This document shows, one piece after another, positions 1-13,092 of a DNA stretch of 64,000 nt. Position 1 is the first letter of the stretch; each line of letters begins with the position of its first letter. The stretch is taken from NCBI GenBank assembly GCA_030390025.1, contig CM059432.1, positions 134,418,001-134,482,000 on the forward strand. Reading direction: 5' to 3'. The translations under genes were made by a program, and so were the position numbers. The notes below the pieces were generated by a model. The model was given only the letters and a program-made list of their open reading frames with translations. It searched no databases and had not been told where the DNA came from. The stretch is from Squalus acanthias. Its lineage: Eukaryota.

Positions 1-1804
1 AAGAGGTAGCCATGGAAATAGTGGATGCATTGGTTGTCATCTTCCAAAATTCTATAGATTATGGAACAGTTCCTGCAGATTGGAGGGTGGCAAATGTAAC
101 CCCACTATTTAAAAAAGGAGGGAGAGAGAAAACAGGGAACTACAGACCGGTTAGCCTAACATCAATAGTAGGGAAAATGCTAGAGTCTATTATAAAGGAT
201 GTGATTACAGGACACTTGGAAAATATCAACGGGATTAGACAAAGTCAACATGGATTTATGAAAGGGAAATCGTGTTTGACAAACCTACTGGAGTTTTTTG
301 AGGATGTAACTGGTAGAATAGATAAGGGAGAACCAGTGGATGTGTGGTGTATTTGGATCTTCAGAAGGCCTTTGATAAAGTCGCACATAAGAGGTTAGTG
401 TGCAAAATTAAAGCACATGGGATTGGGGGTAATATACTGGCATGGATTGAAAATTGGTTAACAGACAGGAAACAGAGAGTAGGAATAAACGAATTGAGAC
501 TACAGTTATATTTTTGGGGTTTTACATTAGATATACTACTTGGGTTCAGTGCCAATGACTAACTCCATAAACAGACCTCATTGCCCCTGTGAATCGAGGT
601 GTATCTTTTATCTGCCCAATATCCAAGTAAATTAGCAAGACCTTGAGATCAAACCAGGAATTTTTGCCACTGTATTCTGGTTTATTGGATTATTTGCTGC
701 CACTGCCATTGTCTGTGGTAGGTGGATGGATATACCGTCTATCAGGCTGCAGCTCGGACTCTGGGTGGCAGGCGGTGACTAGCGGGGTACCGCAGGGATC
801 AGTGCTTGGGCCCCAGCTATTCACAATATATGTCAATGATTTGGATGAGGGAACCAAATATAATATTTCCAAGTTTGCTGACGACACGAAATGAGGAGGG
901 ATTGTAAGTTGTGAGGAGGATGCAAAGAGGCTTCAAGGCAATTTAGGCAAGTTGAGTGAGTGGGCAAATACATGGCAGATGCAGTATAAAGTGGATAAAT
1001 GTGAAATTATCCACTTCGGTAGGAAAAACAGAGACAGTATTATTTAAATGGTGATAGATTGGGTAATGTTGATGTACAAAGGGACCTGGGTGTCCTTGTA
1101 CACCAGTCACTGAAAGCAAACATGCAGGTGCAGCAAGCAGTTAGGAAGGCAAATGGTATGTTGGCCTTCATTGCAAGAGGATTTGAGTACAGGAGCAAGG
1201 ATATCTTACTACAGTTTTACAGGGCCTTGGTGAGACCACACCTGGAGTACTGTGTGCAGTTTTGGTCTCCTTACCTAAGAAAGGATATACTTGCCATAGA
1301 GGGAGTGCAGCGAAGGTTCACCAGACTGATTCCTGGGATGGCAGGACTGTCGTATGAGGAGAGATTGGGTCGACTAGGCCTGTATTCACTAGAGTTTAGA
1401 AGAATGAGAGGGGATCTCATTGAAACGTATAAAATTCTGACAGGGCTGGACAGACTGGATGCAGGGAGGATGTTTCCCCTGGCTGGGGGGGTCTAGAACG
1501 AGGGGTCACAATATCAGGATACGGGGTAGGACATTTAGGACTGAGATGAGGAGAAATTTCTTCACTCAGAGGGTGGTGAGCCTGTGGAGTTCTCTACCAC
1601 AGAAGGCTGTGGAGGCCAAGTCACTGAATATATTTAAGAAGGAGATAGATAGATTTCTAGACACAAAAGGCATCAAGGGGTGTGGGGAGAGCGTGGGAAT
1701 ATGGTATTGAGATAGAGGATCAGCCATGATATTGAATGGCGGAGCAGGCTCGAAGGGCCGAATGGCCTACTCCTGCTCCTATTTTTCGATGTTTCTATGC
1801 TTCT
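1..1804 (+). mobile_element. CR1-clade LINE, 3' part of ORF2 (RT), frameshifted, with 3' UTR and (TTTCTATG)-like tail; interrupted at 490-760
   Basis: ORF fragments carry [40 protein letters not shown] and RPHLEYCVQFW. The 3' end reads GGCCGAATGGCCTACTCCTGCTCC...GATGTTTCTATG. Confidence 0.95.
490..760 (+). repeat. 271-bp direct copy of 1913-2183 inserted inside the CR1
   Basis: CGAATTGAGACTACAGTT...CAGCTCGGACT matches CGAATCGAGACTATGGTT...CAGCTCGGACT, with about 5 substitutions by eye. Confidence 0.95.
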
Positions 1805-1912
1805 AGTGCATTCATGGATCAAATTTGGCATCTGTTGAAGCTGTTTCAGCTTTCAGCAATGAGAAACTTGTGGCGTGTAACTCGTGTGTTAATGCCTGAA
1901 CTGACTCCAAAG

Positions 1913-2183
1913 CGAATCGAGACTATGGTTATATTTTTGGGGTTTTACATTAGATATACTACTTGGGTTCAGTGCCAATGACTAACTCCATAAACAGACC
2001 TCATTGCCCCTGTGAATCGAGGTGTATCTTTTATCTGCCCAATATCCAAGTAAATTAGCAAGACCTTGAGATCAAACCAGGCATTTTTGCCACTGTATTC
2101 TGGTTTATTGGATTATTTGCTACCACTGCCATTGTCTGTGGTAGGTGGATGGATATACCGTCTATCAGGCTGCAGCTCGGACT
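1913..2183 (+). repeat. Probable donor copy of the 271-bp duplicated segment
   Basis: Near-identical to 490-760 and lies outside the CR1. Confidence 0.9.
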
Positions 2184-2649
2184 ATAAACCAACAGACACA
2201 TATATTTAACATTAAGCCAGCAAATGAACAGTACTCTGTACAAACAGCATATTTACAGTAATTTATACATTTTACTAATCTTGAAATGCCAAACGGAGAC
2301 TCTTCTCCTGAGCTACCCGACAACGTATATTGGTGCTTGAAACAAGGTTGCTCACTACTTACATGGCAAAGTACTACCATGGAGACACTGATGTAGCTCA
2401 GTCTCTCTGACGACCTCAGAATGACTGCTGACTGGCATTGAGTCAGACATTGATGTATCATTCAGAATCATTTGAAGATGCACTGAAACAAGAGAGCGTT
2501 TTTTTAACAATCTGTATTTCTCATAACTACTTTACATCAACTGTTATTTGCAGCATTCAAATGCAAGCAACACTTTTGGACCAAGCCTAGACCATCTGTG
2601 GGTCCCTCTTTCTTGATCTTTCTCTTTCTTTGTCTGTATTTATGTTTCT

Positions 2650-3564
2650 CTCCTGTTTCTCTCTCTCTCTCTCTCTTTCTCTGTGTTATTCACTCTCTGT
2701 GTGTGTCTCTGCATGCACAGCCCCGGGCTTGCGCTCTCTCGCGGGCGCGCTCTTTCTCGTCCACGCGCGCGCTCTCTCGCAGGCACGGCTGGGCATGCGC
2801 GCGCCCGGACTCTCTCGCACAGCCGATGCGCTCTCGCTCGCGCGCAGCCGGGCGCATTTTCTCTCTCTCGCGGGCGTGGTCAGGCACGCGCTCGCTCTCT
2901 CTCGCTTATGCAGCAGGATGCTCGCGCTCTCGTGCACGGGCGGGCGCACACTCTTGTGCGGGCTGCCGGGTGTGAGCTCGCTCTCTTTCGCTTGCGCAGC
3001 CGGGCGCGAGCTCTTTCTCGCTTGCGCAGCAGGATGCTCACTCTCGCGCGGGAGGGTGCACTGTCTTTCTCGCGGGCGTGGCCGCGGGCCCCCTCGCCCT
3101 CCCTCCCTCTCTCGCGTGCGTGGCTAGGCTCTCTCTCTGTCTCTCTCTCGTGCGGCCGGGCACTCCCTCGGGCGTGCGCTCTCTCTCGATTGCGCGATTG
3201 CTGTCTCTCTCAATCGCGCGCGCTGCCTCTCTCTCTTTCTCTCTCTTGCGGGCGCACTCTCTCTTGCGATTGCTGTCTCTCGATCGCGCGCGCTGCCTCT
3301 CTCTTCCGCGGGTGCGCTCTCGCGATTGCTGTCTCTCTCGATCGCGCGCACTGCCTCTCTCGGGCGCGCTCTCTCTCTCGCGATTGCTGTCTCTCTCAGT
3401 CGCGCGCGCTGCCGCTCTTTTGCGGGCACGCTCTCTCGCGATTGCTGTCTCTCTCGATCGCGCCCGCTGCGCCCCTCTCGCGATTGCTCTCTCTCTCTCA
3501 CGGGCACGCTCTCTCTCTCTCTCTCTCTCGCGATTGCTGTCTCTCTCGATCACGCGCGTACTGC

Positions 3565-3609
<45 letters not shown>

Positions 3610-3617
3610 ACACACAC
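2650..3617. repeat. CT/CG-rich low-complexity satellite-like array
   Basis: (CT)n tracts alternate with recurring CTCTCGCGATTGCTGTCTCTCTCGATCGCGCGC units. Confidence 0.9.
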
Positions 3618-3625
3618 GCTGTGTA

Positions 3626-3762
3626 ACACGAGTTATGGAATGCACTGCCTGACGAGGTAGTGGAAGCAGATTCACCAGTAAGTTTCAAAAGGGAATTGGA
3701 TATATACTTGAAAAGTAAAAATTTGCAGGGCTATAGGGAGTGGGATTAATTGAATAGCTCTA
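3626..3762 (+). mobile_element. CR1 3'-end fragment
   Basis: TGGAATGCACTGCCTG...GTGGAAGCAGATTCA...TTTCAAAAGGGAATTGGATA matches the CR1 3' ends at ~12900 and ~35400. Confidence 0.85.
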
Positions 3763-3797
3763 GGCAATAAACCTGTACTCTGAAGCCACCAAATACC

Positions 3798-3936
3798 CAC
3801 TGTTCCCCCCTAAGGTGCGCGGCCTCGCACCAATCAGGAGGTCCCGCACAGGCTACTCACAAGATAACGCGCATGCGCGGCCGTGCGCAGCAAATTTAAA
3901 GGACCAAGCACGAAAAAAGAATTAGAGGGAACATTG
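3798..3936. mobile_element. hAT-type MITE (139 bp)
   Basis: TIRs CACTGTTCCCCCCTAA / TTAGAGGGAACATTG, with a perfect 8-bp TSD CAAATACC (3790-3797, 3937-3944). Confidence 0.88.
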
Positions 3937-4857
3937 CAAATACCTGTTTCATTTTTGAGCTCTGTGAGTGAATAACAGTATTGCATGTTTGAAGTCCTTG
4001 TCATGACTACCTGAGTGTGTCACACCAAGCCATTCTACATTGCTGACATGAAGATGATCTCCAGCAGTAGGAATTTTTCTGCATGTCATGTGTTGGTCAA
4101 TGCAGTACAGTTTGAAGATGGATATACTCTCCATTGATTCATATTTATTATATGGTTCATGTTACTGGTAACCGACAGTAACTTACTTTAAGGACTTCAA
4201 CCACATTTACACCAAATTTGTTTTGCAAAGTAGCAGTTGAGAATAGGCTGAAGGTTCTGCACTGCTGTAATGTGTGGGGTAATATAGACCTCCTGTAAAA
4301 TGTTTTGGGTATGTTTAACAAGTTTATTGGCTAGCTATTTAGGGCTTGTAACCTTTTGTGTAAGCATGGGTCAACCATCTCTTTATGGCATGCCCCCATT
4401 TTCTCTCCATCTTTCTCAAACTTAAAACTGTTTGGGGACTGGGTGAGGACAAATGATCTGTTCCCAAACATCTGCTGATGCTGCTCTGGACTAGTCTAAG
4501 AAATCATGAACGTGGTCTGTAGATAATTGTATTTTTTTTGTCCCCTCTTTCTCCCAATTTGAAAGCACCTAGGAGTCCCCATGATTATTAACTTTGATTA
4601 TGTTAACACTACTAAGAATTTGCTTAATATTTGCTCTAGCCCAAAAACTTTGGGAATTGAAACAGTCGTTCATAAGTCCAGTAAGTTGTTAAGAATGAAG
4701 ATGTAGAATTTATAACTACTGTGGAAAAATATAAAATTACTGGAGCTGAAAGTTCCTGTTGAGCTTGCAGTAAAGTGCAATAGTTTTGTTTGCTGAGTAC
4801 CAATTCAAAATGGAGGGCCCCAGATGATAGTTACAGATAGTACGATATATTCTTTTG

Positions 4858-5326
4858 CCCCCTTGTTCTGGATTCCCCACAAGAGGAAATAGTTCGTCTG
4901 TAACTACCCTATCAAATTCCTTTAACATTTTCAACACCTCAATTAGATCACTCCTCAACGTTCTAAATTCAAGGGAATACAAACCAAGTTTATGCAACTT
5001 GTCCTCATAATTTAACCCTTTACGACCTGGTATTCTGATGGATCTGCGCTGAACCCACTCCAAGGCCAATATATCTTTCCTGAGGTTCTGTAACCAAAAC
5101 TGAATGTAGTTCTCCAGATGGGGTCTGACCAAGGCTCTGTACAACTGAAGTATCACTTCCTCACTTTTGTATTCCCGTAAGAGATTAAGACCAACTTTCC
5201 TTTAGCCTTTTTGATTACCTTTTTGTATCTGTGCATTAGCTTTTAGTTATTTGTGTACATGGACACCTTGCTCCTCCACAGTTTCTAGTCTCTCACCATT
5301 GAGAAAATATTTTGATTTGTCTTTCA
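4858..5326 (-). mobile_element. Decayed CR1 ORF2 C-terminal fragment
   Basis: Minus ORF LQLYRALVRPHLENYIQFW...LGLYSLEFR. Confidence 0.88.
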
Positions 5327-6817
5327 GTAATATAACCAGTGAATGAGGAATTATGCCAAGAGGGCAAGGAGTGACTGTAGGGAAGTGCTAGACCTCACTC
5401 ATTAGGAGACTACAGCAATGCATTGACTAGGTTTATTTTATATGTGAATACCTTGGAATTCATGAGTGACACTGGGAAGAGTTGAGTGAATTGAGAGATT
5501 TCACAAGTAATAACTCGAGCTGTCAACGATGGGAAAATTCTAGGTATGACAATTTCACTAACTAGTCAGGACAAACTCAGGAACCCCTCCAGATTCACCA
5601 GCTGTCATGCCCAGAGCTGTTAACATATGTTCAGAATGAGATTTGTAATCAAAAAGAATGAGACAGATTGCAAACATATAAATACTGTATATGGAGCTGT
5701 CTTTATTTTTCATAATGAAAGACACTGAAATAGGTTGTATTTTAAAATACAAATGATTGAGAGTTGGCAGGTCTGACTTAAGAGACCAGCACAATAATCC
5801 CACTGTCAAGTCAGTTGACTCTTCCAGTCATAATTATTGTTCCTTGCCAAAAAAAACTCGGCATATCATTTTTGAAAAACATAGCCATAGCCTTGTTCAT
5901 TTTAATAGATTAGCAATCTATCTCCCTGTTTGTTTTGTCCTTAAAGTCACTGCCATTACCTGATTTTGGGGTTATGGTTATTATACCTTAACCTTATCGG
6001 CTGTAGTTTTAGGTCCTTGCACTCAAGTGCAGCATCACGTGTAGTTCCACATGTAGGCTGCTGCTCCTGCTTTCGATGCCTCCAATTAAAAGTCTTGAGA
6101 GTGAGACACAGTGCTGAGACGTGTGCTAGGCTGAGGCAGGATAATGCAAGTGTGAAATGTCTTCTGTTCTGATTTACTGAGGGAAAATGTCTTCTGTCTT
6201 CACATGTGCGAGGAGTCAGAACTCTGACCCCACGTAAGCATTTGTTTGGATTTTCAGTTCCTCATGTACAGCCAAACCAATTCTTTCCCAGCAAGTTGCA
6301 CAACTTGGAGAAGAGCACAGAAAGTTAAAGCCATTATTTAAAGCCATTATTTAAAGCCCCACATCAGCAGCCATTTTAAAGCCACACACAATGCTTGCAG
6401 AATCAAGAAATAGGAACTATTGAACACCATTGCCACTAGTAAATTTGATGATTATTTGTACAATGATAACCGAGACAACGTGGATTCAGAGGAGACGTAC
6501 CTGTCTGACCAGACTCCTCAATGACTTTGCGGAAGTATCAAATCAATTGGGACTGTGGAAAGCCCTACAACATGGTGCATCAAGGCATAGGTAGAGGAAT
6601 AGGCAATTCAGCCCCTCGAGCCTGTTCTGCCATTCTATTAGATCATGACCTCCAAAAAGAATTTGGCAAAGTTCTACACAAAAGCTATTAGTTAAACTCA
6701 AGACTGTGGGTATTCAGGGTAACCCCTGGTGATGGATAAAAAATGAGCTGAAGGATTTAAAAAAAAAAGCGAGTACTTGTTAGAAGAGTTATGTCTGGGT
6801 GGGGTGTCCAAAGGCTC

Positions 6818-8532
6818 AGGGCTGGATTTTGCAGGGGGTCAGCGGGCGCGATCGGTGGCGGTTTGGGTGGGAAAGTTTTTTTTCCCTAGCAGGTCGGAAC
6901 CCCTCTGAACCCGCCGCCACACGCCTTTGCCAAATGTCAGGTCTGTCAGCGCTGAGTAGATGCAACACACAGCGGCGGGAGAGGCAATTAAACAAGCCAC
7001 TTATCAATTTTTCCCCCAGCTTTTTGGATTTGACAGGTCACCCACCGGTTTCCCATTGTGCCTAGACCTCGTCTATGAAGCTGAGGCAGGAGGTCAGTGG
7101 CCATTGAATCAGCTCATGAGTTGACAGCTTCAAATGTCAAGTCAAAGCTCCCAGCTGATTGAGAAATGTTCCCTTAACCACTAGCTTTTCTAAACTGCAT
7201 TTCCTGTACAGATTCAGGATGCTGCAAGTCTTTACACAAGTCTCCATCCAGTCTGACCTCATTACCTCTCCCACCATTGACAGATTTGTCATCTCTACTT
7301 CACCTGCCATCTATTCCATCTGCATGGGTGCCCTTGAAACTTTCTCACCCTGGTCCTCCGAATCCCACCACAATCAGCCACAACACCAGCATCACCAGGC
7401 ACACCAGCAGCACCAGCACCAACACCAACCTTCTCCGCAATCAACTGATGCTGCACAGGGCATCAGTACATGAGCACATTGCTGCCCGGGAGGCCAGGGA
7501 TGGCCTCACCATAGCCAGATTTACTTCTCTTGACGCTTTACACCCTGGCTGCCACATGAGGCGCCAGGTTGGCACCATCCCACACCAGCACCATAAAGCA
7601 TCCCTGCAATGTCCAAGTCATTCCTTTCACACTCATGACCATTACGGGGGGTACTGTTATGTCTCACCGTTCACTGCAACTCACTGAGCCACTTCCAAAG
7701 GTGCACACACATCTGTCCAAGAACGCAGTGTGTTGAAAGTAAAGGTTTCAATGTTTAACACTACGTTAACAGAAACTTTACATGAACATTGCATAAAACA
7801 CCCAAGTGCCTACCCTTGTGTGTTGTTAGTTGGTATGATTGCACTAGGATGAGGGTGAGTGAGGGGTGGCTAGTGAGATGGGGATGTGATAATGTAGATA
7901 GAAAGGGCTGGGTGGAGGTGCAAGGTAAGTTGGTGTGCGTAAGGATGTGCAGGGTAGGGAAGGCAGAGTGATGGGGTTGTGATCAGAGGCACAGCAGGAT
8001 GAAGTTGAGTGTGGCTTTGTACTAACGTTTCGTGATCTACTGAGATAATTGAAACATTTGGTGCACTGCACCCAGGTCCTCCTGACCACATCCCTGCTTG
8101 TGCCCTCCTCTGCAATTTGCAACCAGGCTATGTTGATTTCCTAGGGAGGTCTCTTCCGCCCATGGGAAGGGAAGAGGACCTCCGTGCGTGCTGTGACTCC
8201 CTCCATATCATGAAGAGCCTGGGTGCAGCCCTGCACCTCTGTGCCGTGCTTGCCAGTGTTTGCAGCACCTCAATGCTGTAGAACACTGACAGCAGAACTG
8301 TCAAAATAAAGTTGGCCATGGTCCCTTTAAGGAAACCGGCTGATGACTCATCATCAAATGACATCACCAGACCCGCTTCCTCTAATTGGCCGGGAAACAT
8401 GCTGGGTGCAGCTTAACAAGCCCAATCAACGGCAAATCATTTCAGACAGCGGGATGAAGCCAGCAGCAAGGTCGGGACCCGCCACCAACGTTGCCCGTCA
8501 CAGACCCGCCGAGGTTTGTAAAATCCAACCCT
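6818..8532. mobile_element. Non-autonomous Harbinger/PIF element (copy A) with a Myb/SANT exon relic on the minus strand, inserted in a decayed CR1
   Basis: TIRs AGGGCTGGATTTTGCA / TGTAAAATCCAACCCT. Minus translation QIAEEGTSRDVVRRTWVQCTKCFNYLSRS is Myb/SANT-like. Homologous to 58729-60528. CR1 RT sequence flanks both sides. No clean TSD. Confidence 0.75.
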
Positions 8533-8574
8533 ACATGTTAGGACCACTACTGTTTCTAATTTACATCAGTGAGT

Positions 8575-11500
8575 AGAGTTCAGAAACTCTTGATCAGTAT
8601 GTTTCCAGCCCAACGAGGAAGGAGGCATTGCTGGATCTGGGTCTGGGGAATGAGGTGGGTCAAGTGGAGCAAGTGTCAGCAGGTGAACATTTAGGGAACA
8701 GTGATCATAGTATCATAAGGTTTAGATTAGCTATGGAAAAGGACAGGGAACAATCTAGAGTAAAAATAATTAATTGGAGGAAGGCCAATTTCAGTGGGAT
8801 GAGAACAGGTCTGGCCCGGGTAAATTGGAATCAAAGATTGGCAGGCACAACTGTAATGGAACAATGGGCTGCCTTTAAAGAGGAAATAGTTCGGGTACAG
8901 TCGAGGTACATTCCCACTAGGGGGAAAGGTAGGGCAACTAAAGTCAGAGCTCCCTGGATGGCGAAAGAGATAGAGAGTAAGATGAAAGAGAAAAAGAGCG
9001 TGTATGACGGATGTCAGGTCAAGAATACATCTGAGAATCAGGCTAAATATAGAAAGTTCAGAGAAGTGAAAAGGAAAATAAGAGGGACAAAGAGAGGGTA
9101 TGAGAATAGAATGGCAGCTAACACAAAAGGTATTAGCGAGGTTAAATTGGCAAGCGATATTTAAGGGGCTATCAGTGGAAGGGCAATGGCAGACATTTAG
9201 AGATCGCATGGATGAACTACAACAATTGTACATCCCGGTCTGGCGTAAAAATAAAAAAGGGAAGGTGGCTCAACCATGGCTAACAAGGGAAATCAGGGAT
9301 AGTATTAAAACCAAGGAAGTTGCATACAAATTGGCCAGAAGTAGCAGCAAACCCGGGGACTGGGAGAACTTCAAAACTCAGCAGAGGAGGACGAAGGGTT
9401 TGATTAGGGCAGGGAAAATAAAATATGAAAGGAAGCTTGCAGAGAACATTAAAATGGACTGCAAAAGCTTCTATAAATATGTAAAAAGAAAGAGGTTAGT
9501 AAAAACAAACGTAGGTCCCCTGCAGTCGGAAACAGGGGAAGTCGTAATGGGGAACAAGGAAATGGCAGATCAATTGAACAAGTACTTTGGTTCGGTGTTT
9601 ACTGTGGAGGACACATACAACCTGCCGGAAATAAAAGGGGACAGAGGATCTGGTAAGAGGGAGGAGCTGAGGGAAATCCTTATTAGTCGGGAAAAGGTAT
9701 TGGGGAAATTGATGGGACTGAAGGCTGAAAAATCCCCGGGGCCTGATGGTCTGCATCCCAGAGTACTTAAGGAGGTGGCCTTGGAAATAGTGGATGCATT
9801 GACGATCATTTTCCAACATTCCTTAGACTCTGGATCAGTTCCGATGGAGTGGAGGGTGGCCAATGTAACCCCTCTTTTTAAAAAAGGAGGGAGGGAGAAA
9901 GCAGGGAATTATAGACCGGTCAGCCTGACATCGGTCGTGGGTAAAATGATGGAAGCAATTATTAAAGATGTCATAACAGACCATTTGGAAAGTGGCGACA
10001 TGATAGGTCCAAGTCAGCATGGATTTGTGAAAGGGAAATCATGCTTGACAAATCTTCTGGAATTTTTTGAGGATGTTTCCAATAGGGTGGACAGGGGGGA
10101 ACCAGTAGATGTGGTGTATTTGGACTTTCAGAAGGCCTTCGACAAGGTCCCACACAAGAGATTGGTGAGCAAAGTTAAAGCACATGGGATTGGGGGTAAT
10201 GTGTTGACGTGGATTGAGAACTGGTTGGCACACAGGAAACAAAGAGTAGGAGTAAATGGGTACTTTTCAGAATGGCAGGCAGTGACCAGCGGGGTACCGC
10301 AGGGTTCGGTGCTGGGACCCCAGCTGTTTACATTATATATTAATGATTTGGACGAAGGGATTAAATGTAATATCTCCAAATTTGCGGATGACACTAAATT
10401 GGGAGGCAGTGTGAACAATGAGGAGGATGCTAGGAGGCTACAGAGTGACTTGGACAGGTTGGGTGAATGGGCAAATGTATGGCAGATGAAGTACAATGTG
10501 GATAAATGTGAGGTTATCCACTTTGGTGGTAAAAATAGAGAGGCGGACTATTACCTGAATGGTGGCAGATTAGGGAAAGGGGACGTGCAACGAGACCTGG
10601 GCGTCATGGTACATCAGTCACTGAAGGTGGGAATGCAAGTGCAGCAGGCAGTCAAGAAAGCAAACGGAATGATGGCCTTCATAGCAAGGGGATTTGAGTA
10701 CAGGAGTAGGGAGGTGATGCTACAGTTGTACAGGGCCTTGGTGAGGCCACACCTGGAGTATTGTGCGCAGTTTTGGTCTCCTAACTTAAGGAAGGACATT
10801 CTTGCTATTGAGGGAGTGCAGCGAAGGTTCACTAGATTGATTCCTGGGATGGCCGGACTGACATATCAAGAAAGATTGGGTCAACTGAACTTGTATCCTC
10901 TGGAGTTCAGAAGAATGAGGGGGGATCTTATAGAGACATTTAAAATCCTGACTGGTTTAGACAAATTAGATGCGGGCAGAATGTTCCCAATGGTAGGGAA
11001 AACTAGAACCAGGGGTCACAGTCTAAGGATTAAGGGGAAGCCATTTAGGACTGAGCTGAGGAGGAACTTCTTCACCCAGAGAGTGGTGAATCTATGGAAT
11101 TCTCTTCCACAGAAGGTTGTTGAGGCCAGTTCGCTAAATATATTCAAAAGGGAGTTAGATATAACACTCACAACTAGGGGGATCAAGGGGTATGGCGAGA
11201 AAGCAGGAATGGGGTACTGAGGTAGCATGTTCAGCCATGAACGCATTGAATGGCGGTGCAGGCTCGAAGGACCGAATGGTCTACTCCTGTACCTATTTTC
11301 TATGTTTCTAATCCAAAAGTCGTCATATAGGCATATAAATAGTAAACAGGTAGTAAGAGCAGGGGTGGGGCTGATTCGGGACCAAAAAGGAGAACTATGC
11401 ATGGAGGCAGAGGGAATGGCTCAGGTGCTAAATGAGCACTTTGCATCTGTCTTCACCAAGGAAGAAGATGCTGCCAGAAGGATGAGGAAGAGGCAATACT

Positions 11501-13092
11501 GGATGGGATAAAAATTGATAAAGAAGAGATACTAGAAAGGCTGGCTGTACTTAAAAGTAGATAAGTCACCAGGACCAGATGGGATGCATCCTAGGACGCT
11601 GAGGGAAGTGAAGGAAGAAATCGCGGAGGTACTGGCCATAATCTTCCAATCCTCATCCTTCTTAGACACGGGGGTGGTGCTGAGGACTGGAGAATTGCAA
11701 ATGTTACACCCTTGTTCAAAAAAGGGTGTAAAGATAAACCCAGCAACTACAGGCCAGCCAGTTTAACCTCAGTTGTGGGGAAGCTTTTAGAAACAATAAT
11801 TAGGGTCAAAATTAAGTCACTTGGACAAGTGTGGATTAATTAAGGAAAGCTAGCACGGATTTGTTAAAGGAAAATCATGTTTAACCGACTTGATCGAGTT
11901 TTTTGATGAGCTAACAGAGAGGGTTGATGAGGACAATGGGGTTGATGTGGTGTACATGGATTTCCAAAAGGCGTTCGACAAAATGCCACATAATAGACTT
12001 GCCAGCAAAGTTGAAGCCCATGGAATAAAAGGGACAGTGGCAGCATAGATACGAAATTGGCTAAGTGACAGGAAAAAGAGAGTAGTGGTGAACAGTTGTT
12101 TTTTGGACTGGAGGAAGGTATACAGTGGTGTTCCCCAGGGGTTGGTTTTGGGACCACTGCTTTTCTTGATATATATTAATGACTTGGATGTGGGTGTGCA
12201 GGGCACAATTTCAAAATTTGCAGATGACACAAAACTTAGAAGTATAGTGAACAGTGAGGAGGGTAGTGATCGACTTCAAGGGACATAGGCTGGTGGAATG
12301 GGCGGACACGTGGCAGATGAAATTTAACGCAGAAAAGTGCGAAGTGATACATTTTGGTAGAAAGAATGAAGAGATGAAATATAAACTAAAGGGTACAATC
12401 CTAAAAGGGGTATATGCGCGCAAATCGTTGAAGGTGGAGGGCAGGTTGAGAAAGCAGTTTAAAAAAAGCTTATGGGATCCTGGGCTTCATGAATAGAGGT
12501 ATAGAGTGGAAATTATGATGAACCTTTATAAAACATTGGTTCGGCCTCAACTGGAGTATTGTGTCCAATTCTGGGTACCACACTTTAGGAAGGATGTGAT
12601 GGCCTTAGAGAGGGTGCAGAAAAGATTTAAGAGTATGATTCCAGGGATGAGGGACTTCAGTTACATGGATAGACTGGAGAAGCTGGGGTTGTTCTCCATA
12701 GAGCAGAGATGATTGAGAGGAGATTTGTTAGAGGTATTCAAAATCATGAGGGGTCTGGACAGAGTAGATAGAGAGAAACTGTTCCCATTGGCAGAAGGGT
12801 CGAGAACCAGAGGACATAGATTTAAGGTGATTGGCAGAAAAACCAAAGGCGACATGAGGAGAAACTTTTTTACTCAGCGAGTGGTTAGGATCAGGAATGC
12901 AATGCCTGAAGGTGTGGTGGAGGCAGACTCAATCACAGCTTTCAAAAGGGAATTGGATAAGTATCTGAAAGAAAAAAATTTGCAGGGCTACGGGGAAAGG
13001 GCGGGGGAGTGGGACTAGCTGAAGTGCTCTTGCAGAGAGCCGGCATGGGCCGAATGGCCGCCTTCCGTGCTGTAACCATTCTGTGATTCTAT
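8575..13092 (+). mobile_element. Older CR1 LINE (endonuclease end + RT, decayed, ATTCTRTG tail) split by a younger CR1 at 9133-11310
   Basis: LDL..GNE..EHLGNSDH (EN C-terminus). Host sequence ACAAAAGGTA|ATCCAAAAGTC rejoins across the insertion. Tail AACCATTCTGTGATTCTATAA. Confidence 0.9.
9133..11310 (+). mobile_element. Young 5'-truncated CR1 LINE with an uninterrupted RT reading frame to the natural stop (11220)
   Basis: 706-aa ORF 9100-11220 with [37 protein letters not shown] and KFADDTKL. 3' UTR and TTTTCTATGTTTCTA tail. Confidence 0.97.

Noticed and set aside
2598..3660. Long ORFs (up to 325 aa) rich in SL/RA/RE
   Set aside because: Product of the CT/CG low-complexity array, which lacks stop codons. 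No domain is recognisable.
9100..11220. RT as a retron, group II intron, DGR or host gene
   Set aside because: Motifs, 3' UTR and tail are those of a CR1 LINE, and many decayed paralogues are present.
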